Shown here piece after piece: positions 63,086 to 64,000 of a DNA stretch of 64,000 bases (positions are counted from its first letter, which is position 1; every line of letters begins with the position of its first letter). The translations under genes and the position numbers were made by a program. A model generated the notes under the pieces. That model did not search any database. It was not told the origin of the DNA and saw nothing but the letters and a program-made list of their open reading frames with translations. Source of the stretch: Octopus vulgaris (taxonomy: Eukaryota); NCBI GenBank assembly GCA_951406725.2, contig OX597821.1, positions 33,728,001 through 33,792,000 of the forward strand, in the 5' to 3' direction.

Positions 63086-63621
63086 CATCTGCATGTAACA
63101 ATAAAACTTTTCCTACATCCTACCCCAACAAACCAAACTGCATCTCTTCTCTTCCTCAGATTTCTTCTTTTATGTGTTATGATTCTCTCACACCCCAATC
63201 CTGTCCTCACTGCACTGTTCACTGTACCATTGCTATCCTGTAGTCCTCCACCCCCTCTTTTTACCCAGGTTCTCACCAGTCACTATTCCCCACCCCCTAC
63301 TCACTACTCATACTTCTTTGGCAATACCCTGTCACTTATGACCTTATGTTGAGAGTATGCCCTGGCACTTGCCACCACTGATCTCTCTATCCCCATTCCA
63401 TGTGAGTATTCTTGGTACTTTGCCACCATCTCTTTCCATCTATCTTTTGCTCTTCCTTCTGGCTGAGTAACCCTAACCTCTTCTACAACAAGACAACTGT
63501 TGACAGTTGTGAAGATGCTGAGACATCAGATGTCTCATCAACAAGAAGAGAAACAAACTTAGCTTGCTTGATTTCATTTTGCATCTCATTCAACATAACT
63601 TTATAAATTGCTTTGATCAAG

Positions 63622-64000
63622 TCATTTTGAATTCTGTTTGACAGACCCGGTGAAGATAGAAGCTGTATCTAGATGACTTTCCATTCTTTTGTCGTATTTA
63701 CTGATCAAATATACGAGTTCTTTATAATTTCCACGATAATTAGAGCCTTCAGATTCAAAATGTTCCTGAAACGATAATTCCTGGAGGCCTAAAAAAATAA
63801 CAACATCGATCAATCGTTGCAGAATGGATCTGTTTCGTCTAACTTTCTCATTATGATGTTGTATGCTTTGATTTTTTACATGCATCTAATTGTAAGTCTA
63901 TGCGAACATTCCTGAATATTTTAAGATCTATCAAACGTTTTATATGCCTTTGAGAAGGCTCGTGCTTTAGCATAGCCATATGTAAATTATTTAAATCATC
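63622..64000 (-). pseudogene. hAT (ZMYM1/DUF4371-like) transposase fragment, runs off the window
   Basis: HNEKVRRNRSILQRLIDVVIFLGLQELSF..H.ESEGSNYRGNYKELV. Confidence 0.75.

Noticed and set aside
63500-63565. Hairpin tgagacatc-a-gatgtctca near gtgaaga...gaaac as a hammerhead
   Set aside because: First core box is incomplete and GAAA is not adjacent to stem II; too degenerate to call.

Overview
Repeat-saturated, AT-rich metazoan genomic DNA. The tRNA-derived SINE families and dense (TA)/(TG)/(AAT)/(CAT) microsatellites suggest an octopod cephalopod; this is inference, not a database result. Only one host gene is supported: a single-coding-exon heterotrimeric G-protein gamma subunit (18092-18307, +, CaaX = CIIL), probably with a downstream non-coding 3'UTR exon. 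The rest is transposon-derived. The largest element is a near-intact ~5.8 kb L1/Tx1-type LINE (55746-61579, -) with a zinc-knuckle ORF1 and an APE-RT-zinc-finger ORF2 broken by one 1-nt frameshift, inserted in an (AAT)n tract. Its 3' terminal ~70 nt resemble the 3' tail of an abundant SINE that forms polarised head-to-tail arrays in the same (AAT)n repeats, suggesting a microsatellite-targeting LINE-SINE pair. A second layer consists of Penelope-like GIY-YIG remnants, long fold-back inverted repeats and several minimal type I hammerhead ribozyme motifs (one with an intact core at 48546-48626, -), mostly in (TA)-rich tracts. Also present: R4/Dong, RTE and CR1 LINE fragments; mariner, hAT and Helitron remnants; and several MITE families. 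Most short ORFs in the supplied track are microsatellite or SINE read-through and are not genes.
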